From Macrostomum lignano (lineage: Eukaryota): a stretch of DNA of 64,000 nucleotides. Below, piece by piece: positions 1 through 12,268 of the stretch; the stretch's first letter is position 1, and every line of letters begins with the position of its first letter. Both the position numbers and the translations under genes were made by a program. The stretch is taken from positions 15,945 through 79,944 of the forward strand of contig NIVC01003730.1 in NCBI GenBank assembly GCA_002269645.1. The letters run 5' to 3'. Below the pieces are notes generated by a model that worked only from the letters and a program-made list of their open reading frames with translations, was not told the DNA's origin and searched no databases.

Positions 1-1081
1 CGGAATTCCCCCTCAGAAACAGAACAGTCCAAACGGAATTCCCCTCAGAAACAGAACAGTCCAAACGGAATTCCCCCTCAGAAACAGAACAGTCCAAACG
101 GAATTCCCCCTCAGAAACAGAACAGTCCAAACGGAATTCCCCCTCAGAAACAGAACAGTCCAAACGGAATTCCCCCTCAGAAACAGAACAGTCCAAACGG
201 AATTCCCCCTCAGAAACAGAACAGTCCAAACGGAATTCCCCCTCAGAACAGAACAGTCCAAACGGAATTCCCCCTCAGAAACAGAACAGTCCAAACGGAA
301 TTCCCCCCTCAGAAACAGAACAGTCCAAACGGAATTCCCCCCTCAGAAACAGAACAGTCCAAACGGAATCCCCCCTCAGAAACAGAACAGTCCAAACGGA
401 ATTCCCCCCTCAGAAACAGAACAGTCCAAACGGAATTCCCCCTCAGAAACAGAACAGTCCAAACGGAATTCCCCCTCAGAAACAGAACAGTCCAAACGGA
501 ATTCCCCCCTCAGAAACAGAACAGTCCAAACGGAATCCCCCTCAGAAACAGAACAGTCCAAACGGAATTCCCCCCTCAGAAACAGAACAGTCCAAACGGA
601 ATTCCCCCCTCAGAAACAGAACAGTCCAAACGGAATCCCCCTCAGAAACAGAACAGTCCAAACGGAATTCCCCCTCAGAAACAGAACAGTCCAAACGGAA
701 TTCCCCCTCAGAAACAGAACAGTCCAAACGGAATTCCCCCTCAGAAACAGAACAGTCCAAACGGAATCCCCCCTCAGAAACAGAACAGTCCAAACGGAAT
801 TCCCCCCTCAGAAACAGAACAGTCCAAACGGAATTCCCCCCTCAGAAACAGAACAGTCCAAACGGAATCCCCCTCAGAAACAGAACAGTCCAAACGGAAT
901 TCCCCCCTCAGAAACAGAACAGTCCAAACGGAATTCCCCCTCAGAAACAGAACAGTCCAAACGGAATTCCCCCCTCAGAAACAGAACAGTCCAAACGGAA
1001 TTCCCCCTCAGAAACAGAACAGTCCAAACTGAATTCCCCCCTCAGAAACAGAACAGTCCAAACTGAATTCCCCCCTCAGAA
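1..1081. repeat. Tandem satellite, ~33-bp unit CGGAATTCCCCCTCAGAAACAGAACAGTCCAAA, ~33 copies, running off the window start
   Basis: Period 33 read directly (unit starts at 1 and 34). Copies differ mainly in C-run length. No unique spacers. Confidence 0.97.
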
Positions 1082-1499
1082 ATAAAAAAATTGCATCAGC
1101 ATCAGCAGTTTTCAAAACTTTGCCTGGCAACCCGAAAACCTGAATTTGATTTAATTCAATTCCGCTATCTTTTATCCTGAATATTATTTTCTTTAAACCA
1201 ACTTTCTGAGCTCCCAGTCCGGCCCCGCCTTGCATTTTTCTTGCCTGCAATGTTGGGTCAGTAGTAGGATTGGATCAATAAAGTAAAGAATTGGCAAGAG
1301 GCTTATTGAGGTGGAACGATTTTATTTTAATGAAATTTGTTTTTTCTTTGATTAACTTTACTTACAGTAGTATTCAACAGTATCTTCTGTTCTTATACTT
1401 GCAATCGAATTATTCTCTGTTTCAGCCCAGTGCGCCGGCCCGAGACACATCAGCATAATCATAATAAATCATAATTTTTAATAACAGACTACTCTGATC

Positions 1500-3110
1500 A
1501 TGACAGCCGCTGAGACTACTGCTGAGCAGGAGACTACTGTTACTACTACTGCTGCTGCTACTGACAGTAGTCAGCAAGAGCCGGCCGCAGCCGCTGAGCA
1601 GCCGATGGACGCCGAGTCAATCGAGGCCCTGCTAGGCCAGGGCAAGCGGGACTATTACTGCGGCGAATATGTCAAAGCTGTCAGTCAGCTGCAGCGGGCC
1701 TGCGAAGCCCTGGCCGCTAAGCACGGCGATCTGGCTGACGAGATTGCCGAGCCCTACCTGCTGTACGGCCGCGCCCTGCTGGAGGTGGCCAGGATGGAGG
1801 CCGACGTTCTCGGCGGAGCCCTCGAAGGCGTACCGGCCGAGGAGGCCAAGACAGACGGTGATGAGGCAAAAAAGACATCACAGATTGATGAGGAAGAAAA
1901 AGAAGCCGATGCGATGATTGAAAAAGACTCGCTAACCGAGGAGGAGAAGGAGAAAATCTCCGAGCAGGTCATCGACGCGATGACTGATGGCGACGGCGAG
2001 GAGGCGAAGGTGGCCGAGGAGAAGGACGCTGGAGAGGACAAAGAGGAGAAGCAGAAGCCGGCAGAGACGGTCGAGCCGGAGGCTGGCAAGGCCGACGACA
2101 ACAAGGAGGCCGAAACAGCGGCGGAAGGCGAGGAAGCCGACGGCGAAGGCGAGGCAGACGGCGGCGAGGAGGGCGAAGAAGGCGACGAAGAGGAGGAGGA
2201 GGAGGATGAGGAAGAGGAGGAAGTTGGCAACCTGCAGATCGCCTGGGAGGTGCTGGAGGTGGCCCGCAATGTGTTCGAGAGGCGGCAGGACTGGGCCCGC
2301 GTGGCCGACTGCCACATGTGCCTGGCCGAGGTGGGCATGGAGAAGGAGGACTGGGCGCAGGCCGAGGAGGACTTCCTGGCCGCGGTGAAGGTGTACACCG
2401 ACTCGGTGCGGGTTGACAAAGGCGACAGGCGGCTGGCAACGGCGCAGTTCCAGCTGGCCGTGGCCTGTCTGGCTGGCAAGAAATTCTCCGAGGCAAAGCG
2501 CGCCTTCGACGACAGTGCCGCCCAGTTGGCCGCCAGGGCCGCCCAGCTGGAGGCCGCTGAAGGCGACGCCGAAGCGACAGCGGCTGAGCGTCGCGAACTT
2601 GACGAGCTGATCAGCGAACTGCGCCAGCGAATGTCGGAGGTTGACGAGGAGCGGCTGGATTTTGAAGCCGCCAAGCAGCAGCTCCGGTCCGGTGCCGCCA
2701 GCATCGCCGGTGCCTTCGCTGACGCCGCCGCCGCCATCGGTGCCGTCTCCACCGACGCCACCGCCGCCGCTGCCCAGTCCTCCGCCAATGTCAACGACAT
2801 CTCCGGGCTGGTGCGCAAGAAGCGACCAGCGCCGACGCCCGCCACCGAGCTGGCCGCCGAGGTCGCTAGCAGCGACGCCAGCGCCAAGGATGACGCGGCT
2901 TCGAATGGCGCCCCGGCCGCCGCCACCGCCGCCGCGGAGGTGAACGGCTCCGGCAAGGTGACCGGAGCGTCGCCCAACAAGCGGCGTCGAACCCTCGTCG
3001 GATCCGGCGAAGTCAACGGAGTCGGCGCCGCTGAGAATGGCGGAGACACCGCCAAGGAGGTGGAGCCGATGGACCAGCAGGAGGAGGCGGCCGTGGCGCC
3101 GGCTGTTTAG
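1500..3110 (+). CDS. NASP: NASP/Sim3-family histone H3-H4/H1 chaperone (interrupted SHNi-TPR protein), intronless CDS, 536 aa
   Basis: TPR1/2 'LLGQGKRDYYCGEYVKAVSQLQRACEALAAKHGDLADEIAEPYLLYGRALLEVAR..DVLGGAL', long acidic insertion, 'NLQIAWEVLEVARNVF', further TPRs and basic NLS-like motifs VRKKRP and PNKRRR. AATAAA near 3236. Confidence 0.93.
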   Translation: MTAAETTAEQETTVTTTAAATDSSQQEPAAAAEQPMDAESIEALLGQGKRDYYCGEYVKAVSQLQRACEALAAKHGDLADEIAEPYLLYGRALLEVARMEADVLGGALEGVPAEEAKTDGDEAKKTSQIDEEEKEADAMIEKDSLTEEEKEKISEQVIDAMTDGDGEEAKVAEEKDAGEDKEEKQKPAETVEPEAGKADDNKEAETAAEGEEADGEGEADGGEEGEEGDEEEEEEDEEEEEVGNLQIAWEVLEVARNVFERRQDWARVADCHMCLAEVGMEKEDWAQAEEDFLAAVKVYTDSVRVDKGDRRLATAQFQLAVACLAGKKFSEAKRAFDDSAAQLAARAAQLEAAEGDAEATAAERRELDELISELRQRMSEVDEERLDFEAAKQQLRSGAASIAGAFADAAAAIGAVSTDATAAAAQSSANVNDISGLVRKKRPAPTPATELAAEVASSDASAKDDAASNGAPAAATAAAEVNGSGKVTGASPNKRRRTLVGSGEVNGVGAAENGGDTAKEVEPMDQQEEAAVAPAV

Positions 3111-3743
3111 CTGGCTGGCTATCAAAAAATTGAGCGAAAATTTTAACAGCCAATTATTTATTTCTCAAATATAACAAAACACTCCGCATTTTCTCCCTAT
3201 CGATAGTGAAATCCTGCCGTGCATTTTTAAAAAATAATAAATACTGGAAAACACTGGGATGACGTAACCAGAAATTCCACCGGTTTGTCGTAAATACATT
3301 TTATTATTAACTATTTTTCGCGCGTATTTAACTTCACGGTTTTCTGTCAGTCATCTACACTCTCAGTTTTTTAATACTATCTTACTAATAGTAGCGTCAA
3401 TTGTCTGACTGGTTTTTTATTCCTAAATTTAAAAAGTCTTACTATTTCTATATTACTGTTAGTAATACTAGCAAACCTCTGTCGATTTTTTCTGTCCATC
3501 GAAGTTTGGCTAAATTTTGTCATTCATATTTTCTAATTATTGTTCTGGGCCGTTGTGTTTCTGTTTTTATTAATGTTTCAAGTTTAAAATTTATAATAAT
3601 AACTTCACGCTGTCCCCTGTCTCAAGTCGTTTGCATGTGTGGCGCCTTCCAAACAGTTGCATTGTTTAATGATTTCTTCTATCAGCTAATTCTTTTCCAG
3701 ACTACAGACATTGATTGAAGTGGGCGCTGCTTCATGACAGTCG

Positions 3744-3763
3744 GGGAGACAGACAGACAGACG

Positions 3764-3833
<70 letters not shown>

Positions 3834-3978
3834 TAGACGGCAGACAGACAGACAGACAGACAGACGGATAGACGGCAGACAGACAGACAGACAGACAGAC
3901 AGACGGATAGACGGCAGACAGACAGACAGACAGACAGACGGATAGACGGCAGACAGGCAGACAGACAGACAGACAGGC

Positions 3979-4026
<48 letters not shown>

Positions 4027-4061
4027 GGATAGACGGCAGACAGACAGACAGACAGGCAGGC

Positions 4062-4106
<45 letters not shown>

Positions 4107-4108
4107 GG

Positions 4109-4139
<31 letters not shown>

Positions 4140-4180
4140 ACGGATAGACGGCAGACAGACAGACAGACAGACAGGCAGGC

Positions 4181-4220
<40 letters not shown>

Positions 4221-4259
4221 GGATAGACGGCAGACAGACAGACAGACAGACAGACGGAT

Positions 4260-4295
<36 letters not shown>

Positions 4296-4458
4296 GGATA
4301 GACGGCAGACAGACAGACAGACAGACAGACAGACGGATAGACGGCAGACAGGCAGACAGACAGGCAGACAGACAGACAGACAGGCAGGCAGACAGACAGA
4401 CAGACAGACGGATAGACGGCAGACAGACAGACAGACAGACAGGCAGACAGACAGACAG
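3744..4458. repeat. (GACA)n microsatellite with GGCA/GATA interruptions
   Basis: Directly visible. Confidence 0.97.
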
Positions 4459-4680
4459 AGAACCAGGGTATCATTCAGTCTGAATAAGTTCGCTCAGCAT
4501 TATAACAGAATTTGAGCACAGCTCAGAGTTTTTACCACAGCAGAGTTCATTTCGCCCAAGTCAAATATTTATTTACAACTCAGTTTCGCAGGCCGGAAAT
4601 TGCGCCAAAGGCGGTGCCTGTTCCCTATAGTGCCCCTCCGCTGAGCACTGCGTGTGTTTAAGAGCGGGGCCGGCAATCCC

Positions 4681-4757
<77 letters not shown>
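4681..4757. repeat. (GA)n microsatellite
   Basis: Directly visible. Confidence 0.97.
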
Positions 4758-4760
<3 letters not shown>

Positions 4761-5269
4761 TGATTGACCCAAGTTGGCATCTCTCGATACAACGAAAAAT
4801 GTTAACATGTTTAGCCTCATTATAATATACATGTAGAGGTCTCTGCAGCAGCGAGCTGCATTAACTTGTGTGCACTGACGCACTCACGGCCAGTCTAATG
4901 TAAACTCTCGAAAATTTAATTAAATCTAGCTTTAAAACCGTGCGAAAGTCTGGGTGAGATGATCTAGATGTTTAGCTAGCTTGATGTACTCATAACTAAA
5001 CCATAACGAGGCCTCAAGTGCATCTAAATTACAGAAAATTTAATTAAATTGTAGATTTCTTTTAGTTGTGTTCGAGGGATCCGGTGCATGTGCAGTGCTG
5101 TTACCATACAACTCGCTGCTTGAGTTCAACTGCGGACCTATACATGTAGATTTGATAGATGCGGCACTACGTATGAAGACGGTAGATGTGGCCCCGTGCA
5201 TGTACATGTAGCTGATATATTGTAAATAGCTTTGTGTATACATGGTACATGCAGTAGATTTGGCGTTAT

Positions 5270-6030
5270 CCAGGGTGTTAGAGAAGTGCATGGCGCCATA
5301 CAGGGTGTTAGAGAAGTGTCGGCATACAGGGTGTTAGAGAAGTGCCAGGCGCCATACAGGGTGTTAGAGAAGTGCCAGGCGCCATGCAGGGTGTTAGAGA
5401 AGTGGTGCCATATAGGGTTTTAGAGAAGTGGCGCCATACAGGGTTTTAGAGAAGTGGCGCCATACAGAGTGTTAGAGAAGTGCATGGCGCCATGCAGGGT
5501 GTTAGAGAAGTGTCGGCATACAGGGTGTTAGAGAAGTGCCAGGCGCCATACAGGGTGTTAGAGAAGTGTCGGCATACAGGGGACGTGTTAGAGAAGTGCA
5601 TGACGCCATACAGGCTGTTAGAGAAGTGCATGACGCCATACAGGCTGTTAGAGAAGTGGTGCCATACAGGGTTTTAGAGAAGTGGCGCCATACAGAGTGT
5701 TAGAGAAGTGCATGGCGCCATGCAGGGTGTTAGAGAAGTGTCGGCATACAGGGTGTTAGAGAAGTGCCAGGCGCCATACAGGGTGTTAGAGAAGTGTCGG
5801 CATACAGGGGACGTGTTAGAGAAGTGCATGACGCCATACAGGCTGTTAGAGAAGTGGTGCCATACAGGGTTTTAGAGAAGTGGCGCCATACAGAGTGTTA
5901 AAGAAGTGCATGGCGCCATACAGGGTTTTAGAGAAGTGGCGCCATACCGGGTTTTAGAGAAGTGGCGCCATACAGAGTGTTAGAGAAGTGCATGGCGCCA
6001 TGCAGGGTGTTAGAGAAGTGGAAGTGGCGC
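5270..6030. repeat. Minisatellite, 24-32-bp variant units (GGGTGTTAGAGAAGTGCATGGCGCCATACA) with higher-order block duplication
   Basis: Recurrent GTTAGAGAAGTG core. The order of variants in ~5445-5685 recurs from ~5685. Confidence 0.92.
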
Positions 6031-6635
6031 CATCACTGCTCCTGCGAGATCAAATGTGCATTCAGTGCAAAGCGCAGCCATCCCAGAAGCAGAGGCGCAC
6101 AAAATGCCAATTCTAGAAAGCAAGAAGCAGTTGAGCTGCCATGAGGCGCAGTAGCCAAATCAGCAGCTAAATTAGTCATTGCTAAATTTATTTTGTTTCT
6201 TTTTCCAAACAACTCGACTCATTTAGTGGTGCAATAAAAAAGCTCGCGAGTTTTTTATTCGGCATTGTCATAAAAAGTTTATTAAACAGCTCTGCGCACA
6301 AATAATACGCGGTGTGGGCCGTGATGCGCAGCAAACAGCCCTGTCTGTGCTATATACTAATTTCATTAAAGCCCCTGAATCATCTCGGGGGTTACATGTA
6401 GATAGAGAGGCGTATTATTGTCAGAGCCTGCCCTCTCGCACCGCTTGCACAGTGAAGAGAAGACGCGACGAACTCGAGTTGAGAGAAGAGAGTGAGACAG
6501 AAAGGGAGGGAACAATGATGGACCCCCTACTATCCTATGTTGGCCAAGAAGAATAATGACGAATAAAAGGGAGACTCATAGGCTAGCAGGGTCAGTTGCG
6601 AAGAAACAGCGGTTAAGCTCTGTGGCTGGGCGAGC

Positions 6636-9600
6636 ATGGTGGATGATCTTCAACGACTGTTCGTCCCCAAGCAGGACGGCGGAGTGTTCACCCCGCTGAT
6701 CAGCTACGGCTCGGTGCTGCTCACCGACTACTCCCGCGGCTGGTTCGGCGGCAGCGACAGTCAGACAGGATCGACCGCGGGGCCGTCTGTCGGCGTCGCC
6801 CTGGCCGACTGGTACTTCGGCCGGGCGGCGGCGCAGATCCCGCAGTTTGTTGGCGCGGCTGTCTGGATGCTGATCACCCTGATCGCTCTGGTCTGCATCG
6901 CAGTGCTCGCCACCTGGCAGCGCCGGCTGCCGTGCTCGCCGAACAGACACGGCAAACGGCTGCCGCCACCAGCCGACCAGTACGCCGTCAGCAATCCTTC
7001 GCCGACGCCTTCGTCGGACTCTCTGGCCCTGTCCGCGGCAAAGTCCAGCCGTTGGTGGCGGCGCCGACGTCGGGAGAAGCTGATGGCCCTGCGGCTGGGG
7101 CTGCTGGTTGCGGTATTCGCCGTCTGCACGGCGACTCTGGGCGTCTACTGGAACTACAGCGGCGGCTACGGGTTCGGCAGGCTGTTCCAGAGGCAGCAGA
7201 AGGCCTCGGACAGCGGCGGCGGTCGCGGCAGTGTCGCCGTAGCCATTAACTCTGCAGTGCAGCAGGTCTGTTGGTAACATTCATGATCTTGCTTGGGATT
7301 AGCGATCTCAAAAACACAGACAGACGGACAGACTGCTCACCTGTTTGACAAATATCAAATCTGTCAGATAGGGATGCATCCCCGTTAGATCGATAAAATA
7401 CTGTTAGACAGGCCTCAAACCCTGTTAGACAAGCCTCAAACCCTGATAGACAGGCCTCACACCCTGTTAGACAGACCTCAAACCCTGTTAGACAGTCCTC
7501 AAGCCCTGTTAGACAGGCCTCAAACCCTGTTAGACAGGCCTCAAGCCCTGTTCAAGCCTCAAACCCTGTTAGACAGGCCTCAAACCCTGTTAGACAAGCC
7601 TCAAACCCTGTTAGACAGGCCTCAAGCCCTGTTAGACAAGCCTCAAGCCCTGTTAGACAAGCCTCAAACCCTGTTAGACAGGCCTCAAACCCTGTTAGAC
7701 AGGCCTCAAACCCTGTTAGACAAGCCTCAAACCCTGTTAGACAGGCCTCAAACCTGTTAGACAGGCCTCAAACCCTGTTAGACAGGCCTCAAACCCTGTT
7801 AGACAAGCCTCAAACCCTGTTAGACAGGCCTCAAACCCTGTTAGACAAGCCTCAAACCCTGTTACATTGGCTTCAATACTTCAACTCCCCCCGCAGCTGA
7901 ACGCCTTCATCGAGGACACCCTGACCAGCACCAACACCAGCGTCCTGCAGGTCTGCTATGAGGCCTTTCCCTCCATCCTGAACCTGGTGAATCGGATCGC
8001 CAACCGCTATCTCGACCTGCTGTCGGCCGATTTCCTGCTCACTCCGCTGTTGAACAGTTTCGATAAATTTCTCAACTTGGTGAAGCTCCTTCTAGCCAGC
8101 ATGAACGCCATCAAAAGCTCCCGCGACAGCGTGCTCAACCCGCTGAACTCCTTCACCACGATGATCAATCGGACTCGAGAAGATCTTCGCGCTAAAGTTG
8201 CCGACGTGTGCGCCGGGTCGCCAACGAACGGCGTCCCGGTGGCTCTCTGCGATGGGGTCAACCGGTACATCGGCCTGCTGTACATCGGCTTGGACTCGCG
8301 ACGGATCGACTCGGATAGCAGCGTCACCATCGTGACTCTGCTGGACAAGATCTTCAAGCTCAATGTGACCGAAGTGGAGGCTCAGGTGCGAGCGGAGGGG
8401 AGGGAGGAGAGGAGTTGAGAGGAGAGGAGAGGAGAGGAGAGGAGAGGAGAGGAGAGGAGAGGAGAGGAGAGGAGAGAGAGGAGAGGAGAGGAGAGGAGAG
8501 GAGAGGAGAGGAGAGGAGAGGAGAGGAGAGGAGAGGAGAAGAGAGGAGATGAGAGGAGGTGAGAGCGGGTGAAAGGAGAGGAGAAGAAAAGAGGTGAGAG
8601 GAGGTGAGAGGAGACGTGAAGAAATGAGGGCAACAGAGAAGCCCAATAGACCTGACAGCGCGGCCCCCGCACCCGCCCGCAGGTGAACTCTGCCAAGTCG
8701 CTGCTCACAGGCAGCCTGAGCCTTATCGGCGACGAGATCACGAACCTGTTTAACACGCTGGTCGACGAGGTCTCCAAGCAGTTCAAAAGCGCCGTGTCCG
8801 GAGCGGAGCAGCTGGGCTCGGAGATGGTCAACATGACGCAGAGCGAGTCCTTTGTCGGCGCCTTCAACACTGGTGACACTGTCCTGCAGATAATCTCGGC
8901 GGTGATTGTGATCGCCTTCTGCCTCACCCTGGCCTGCGTTGCCGTCATCAGCATCCTGCTGGTGTACTTCTACTATCAGCGCAACCGCTGGAGGCCGCCA
9001 GCAATAGTCGCCAGATGGGCGGTGAGGGTCCCCCGGCAGGCTTCGAAGAGACGCCCGGGGAGCAGCAGTCGCGGCCGCCGCCGCTGCGGAGCTTCGCCAG
9101 CATCGTGGAGAATCACGCGGAAACCCTGACCAGGCAGAAGCAGGACCAGTCGGCCCGGGAGCTGCGCCATCTTCGCAAGATGAACCGCGGCATGCGGCTG
9201 ATGAAGACCAACCCGATGATCCGCGTGATGTGCGCGCTGGGCGCGTGCTTTGCTCTGCTGTTTGCCTGCGGCTTCGCCCTGCTGTACGCTGGCAGCATGA
9301 TTCAGCAGGACGCGTGCACCTACTTTACTTTGCCAGCCAGCACAGCCGTGGTGGACAAGCAGCTCGATCGGATGATTGACGACGACCTGTGGCCGGTGGT
9401 GCAGCGGCTGCTGGCGGAGAAGATTGAATTTCCTGTGCCGCTGACGCAGTCGATGCTGCCGAAGGGCCTGCTGGGCGTATTGCTGCGCGACTGCAAGAAC
9501 TCCAGCGCCACGATATTCCAAATCTACAATCTGGTGACTGCGTTCAACCTGACCGACTTGCTGGAGGCTGACATGGTCAAGAAGGAGCTTTATAGAGGCG

Positions 9601-12268
9601 AGTGCTGCTGAGTGCTCTGGTAGCTGAGCAGAGGGATAGCTGAGCATAGCTGAGCATAGATAGCTGAGCAGAGGAAGCTGAGCAGAGTTAGCTGAGCAGA
9701 GGAAGCTGAGCATAGATAGCTGAGCAGAGTTAGCTGAGCAGAGGAAGCTGAGCAGAGGTACATGTAGCTGAGCAGAGGTAGCTGAGCAAAGGTAGCTGAG
9801 CAGAGGTACATGTAGCTGAGCAGAGGTAGCTGAGCAGAGTTAGCTGAGCAGAGGAAGCTGAGCAGAGGTACATGTAGCTGAGCAGAGGTAGCTGAGCAGA
9901 GTTAGCTGAGCAGAGGTACATGTAGCTGAGCAGAGGTAGCTGAGCAGAGTTAGCTGAGCAGAGGAAGCTGAGCAGAGGTACATGTAGCTGAGCAGAGGTA
10001 GCTGAGCAAAGGTAGCTGAGCAGAGGTACATGTAGCTGAGCAGAGGTAGCTGAGCAGAGATAGCTAAGCAGAGATAGCTGAGCAGAGGTAGCTGAGCAGA
10101 GATAGCTGAGCAGAGGTAGCTGAGCAGAGATATCTGAGCAGAGGTAGCTGAGCAGAGTTAGCTGAGCAGAGGAAGCTGAGCAGAGGTACATGTAGCTGAG
10201 CAGAGGTAGCTGAGCAAAGGAAGCTGAGCAGAGGTACATGTAGCTGAGCAGAGGTAGCTGAGCAGAGTTAGCTGAGCAGAGGTACATGTAGCTGAGCAGA
10301 GGTAGCTGAGCAGAGTTAGCTGAGCAGAGGAAGCTGAGCAGAGGTACATGTAGCTGAGCAGAGGTAGCTGAGCAAAGGTAGCTGAGCAGAGGTACATGTA
10401 GCTGAGCAGAGGTAGCTGAGCAGAGATAGCTAAGCAGAGATAGCTGAGCAGAGGTAGCTGAGCAGAGATAGCTGAGCAGAGGTAGCTGAGCAGAGATATC
10501 TGAGCAGATGTAGCTGAGCAGAGTTAGCTGAGTAGAGGAAGCTGAGCAGAGGTACATGTAGCTGAGCAGAGGTAGCTGAGCAAAAGTAGCTGAGCAGAGG
10601 TACATGTAGCTGAGCAGAGTAGCTGAGCAAAGGTAGCTGAGCAGAGGTAGCTGAGCAGAGATAGCTAAGCAGAGATAGCTGAGCAGAGATAGCTGAGCAG
10701 AGGTACATGTAGCTGAGCAGAGGTAGCTGAGCAGAGATAGCTAAGCAGAGATAGCTGAGCAGAGATAGCTAAGCAGAGGTAGCTGAGCAGAGATAGCTGA
10801 GCAGAGGTAGCTGAGCAGAAGTACATTTAGCTGAGCTGGCAGTATTATTGTGCTGACTCAACTGCTTCACACAGGCCGAGAAATGGTCAACAAGCTGGTC
10901 GGCGACCTGGACGCGAGCACGCTGATCCCATCGGAGGTGGACAGCATCCTGGCTGTCCTGCCGGAGTTCGCCAACATCATCGACACGCAGGACTTCTCGG
11001 CGAGCATAGCTGAGCTGTCCAAGCCACTGCTGGCCATCGGCGACCGGTTGCCACTGCTGTTCGGCGATCTGCAGGCCATGGTTCGAATCCTGCTGGACAG
11101 GAACCCGTCCGATAATCGGGCCATCTTAATCCAGCACTTCGCTGACAACCTCAACGGGATGTACACCAGTGACTACCCCGCTCTGAACGGCAGCCTCAAC
11201 GAGATGAAGCGGCATTTTCTAACTTTGCAAAACAACCGGCTGGTGATGAACTTGACGGTTGAGGTGACCGCCAGGCTGGCCGAGCTGAAGGTGGCGTTGT
11301 CGAACCGCACCGCCCTGCTGACTGCGGTGGCGACCCGATACGATCAGGTGATCGTCGGGTTGGGCTTTTCTGGCACGGGTGCCCACTCCTGTCCTCAGAG
11401 TGGAAACCCCTGTCCTCAGAGTGGACATCCATGTCTTCAGAGTGGACACCTATGTCTTCAGAGTGGACACCTATGTCTTCAGAGTGGACACCTATGTCTT
11501 CAGAGTGGACACCTATGTCTTCAGAGTGGACACCTATGTCTTCAGAGCTGGACACCCCTGTATTCAGAGTGGACACCAATATCTTCAGAGCTGGACAGCC
11601 CTGTCTTCAGAGTGGACACCCATATATTCAGAGTTGGACACCCCTGTCTTCAGAGTTGGACACCCATGTCTTCAGGGTTGGACACCCCTGTCTTCAGGGT
11701 TGGACACCCATGTCTTCAAAGTGGACACCCAGGTCTTCAGTGAATATCCCAGTCCTCTAAAGTGGACCAATTGATGCGGACAAGTCAATCTTTTTGTGAT
11801 TGATATCTCTGTCCTGATATACATGACTGGAACTAAATACGAAGTATTCGGACCAAAATAAAATGCTAACCTCAATTTTAAAAACACTCCAAAGCGATTT
11901 CCGAATTCCAAATTCCAGGTGCTGTCCGAATACACACCCGAGCTGGCAGCCACCCTCAACAGTCTGCTGTCCAAATTTCTAACCGAATCGGCCGCTGCAG
12001 CGGTCTGTCAAGCGTCCTGGAGACGGTCGTGACGGAGTGCTCAGGCAGCCTGTCAGCTCTGCCATATGGCGGATTCTACGTTGCCCTGTCCTGCGCCCTG
12101 CTCGTGCTGCTGAGCATCTTCGCCATGCCGGTGCTGCGCGCGGCGCGCTGGCACAAGCGGGCGGTGGCCGAGCAAGTCACCTGGAGTGCCTCTACCAAAG
12201 CGTCGACATTTGAGACTTCCGCAGATGCAGACCCCGATCAGAGGGGGCTCAATGGAACCATTATATAA
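6636..12268 (+). CDS. Prominin-like pentaspan membrane glycoprotein. Exons ~6636-7265, 7897-8385, 8683-9597, 10875-11347, 11919-12268. Two 1-bp frameshifts (~8987, ~11977). 5' end uncertain.
   Basis: Five hydrophobic segments in a 1+1 / 1+1 / 1 layout separated by two large helical loops. 'LLRDCKNSSATIFQIYNLVTAFNL' and 'IGRCSGLSSVLETVVTEC...GGFY..L' match prominin-family motifs. Splice phases agree at all four introns (0,0,1,0). Confidence 0.72.
7400..7866. repeat. 21-bp minisatellite (AAACCCTGTTAGACAGGCCTC) in prominin-like intron 1
   Basis: Period 21 (7561, 7582). Confidence 0.96.
8395..8615. repeat. (GAGGA)n purine microsatellite in prominin-like intron 2
   Basis: Directly visible. Confidence 0.95.
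9606..10836. repeat. 14/21-bp minisatellite (AGCTGAGCAGAGGT +/- ACATGT) filling prominin-like intron 3
   Basis: Directly visible. Confidence 0.96.
11385..11745. repeat. 21-bp minisatellite (GAGTGGACACCTATGTCTTCA) in prominin-like intron 4
   Basis: Period 21 (11461, 11482). Confidence 0.94.

Noticed and set aside
1-1081. Regular ~33-bp repeats resembling a CRISPR array (also 48894-50065)
   Set aside because: Head-to-tail units with no unique spacers, no cas genes, and a eukaryotic context.
9730-10708. Repetitive SAQL/YLCS ORFs (likewise 3686-4474, 8092-8646, 24749-26208, 34069-34848, 40175-40647, 54149-54663)
   Set aside because: Translations of micro- and minisatellites.
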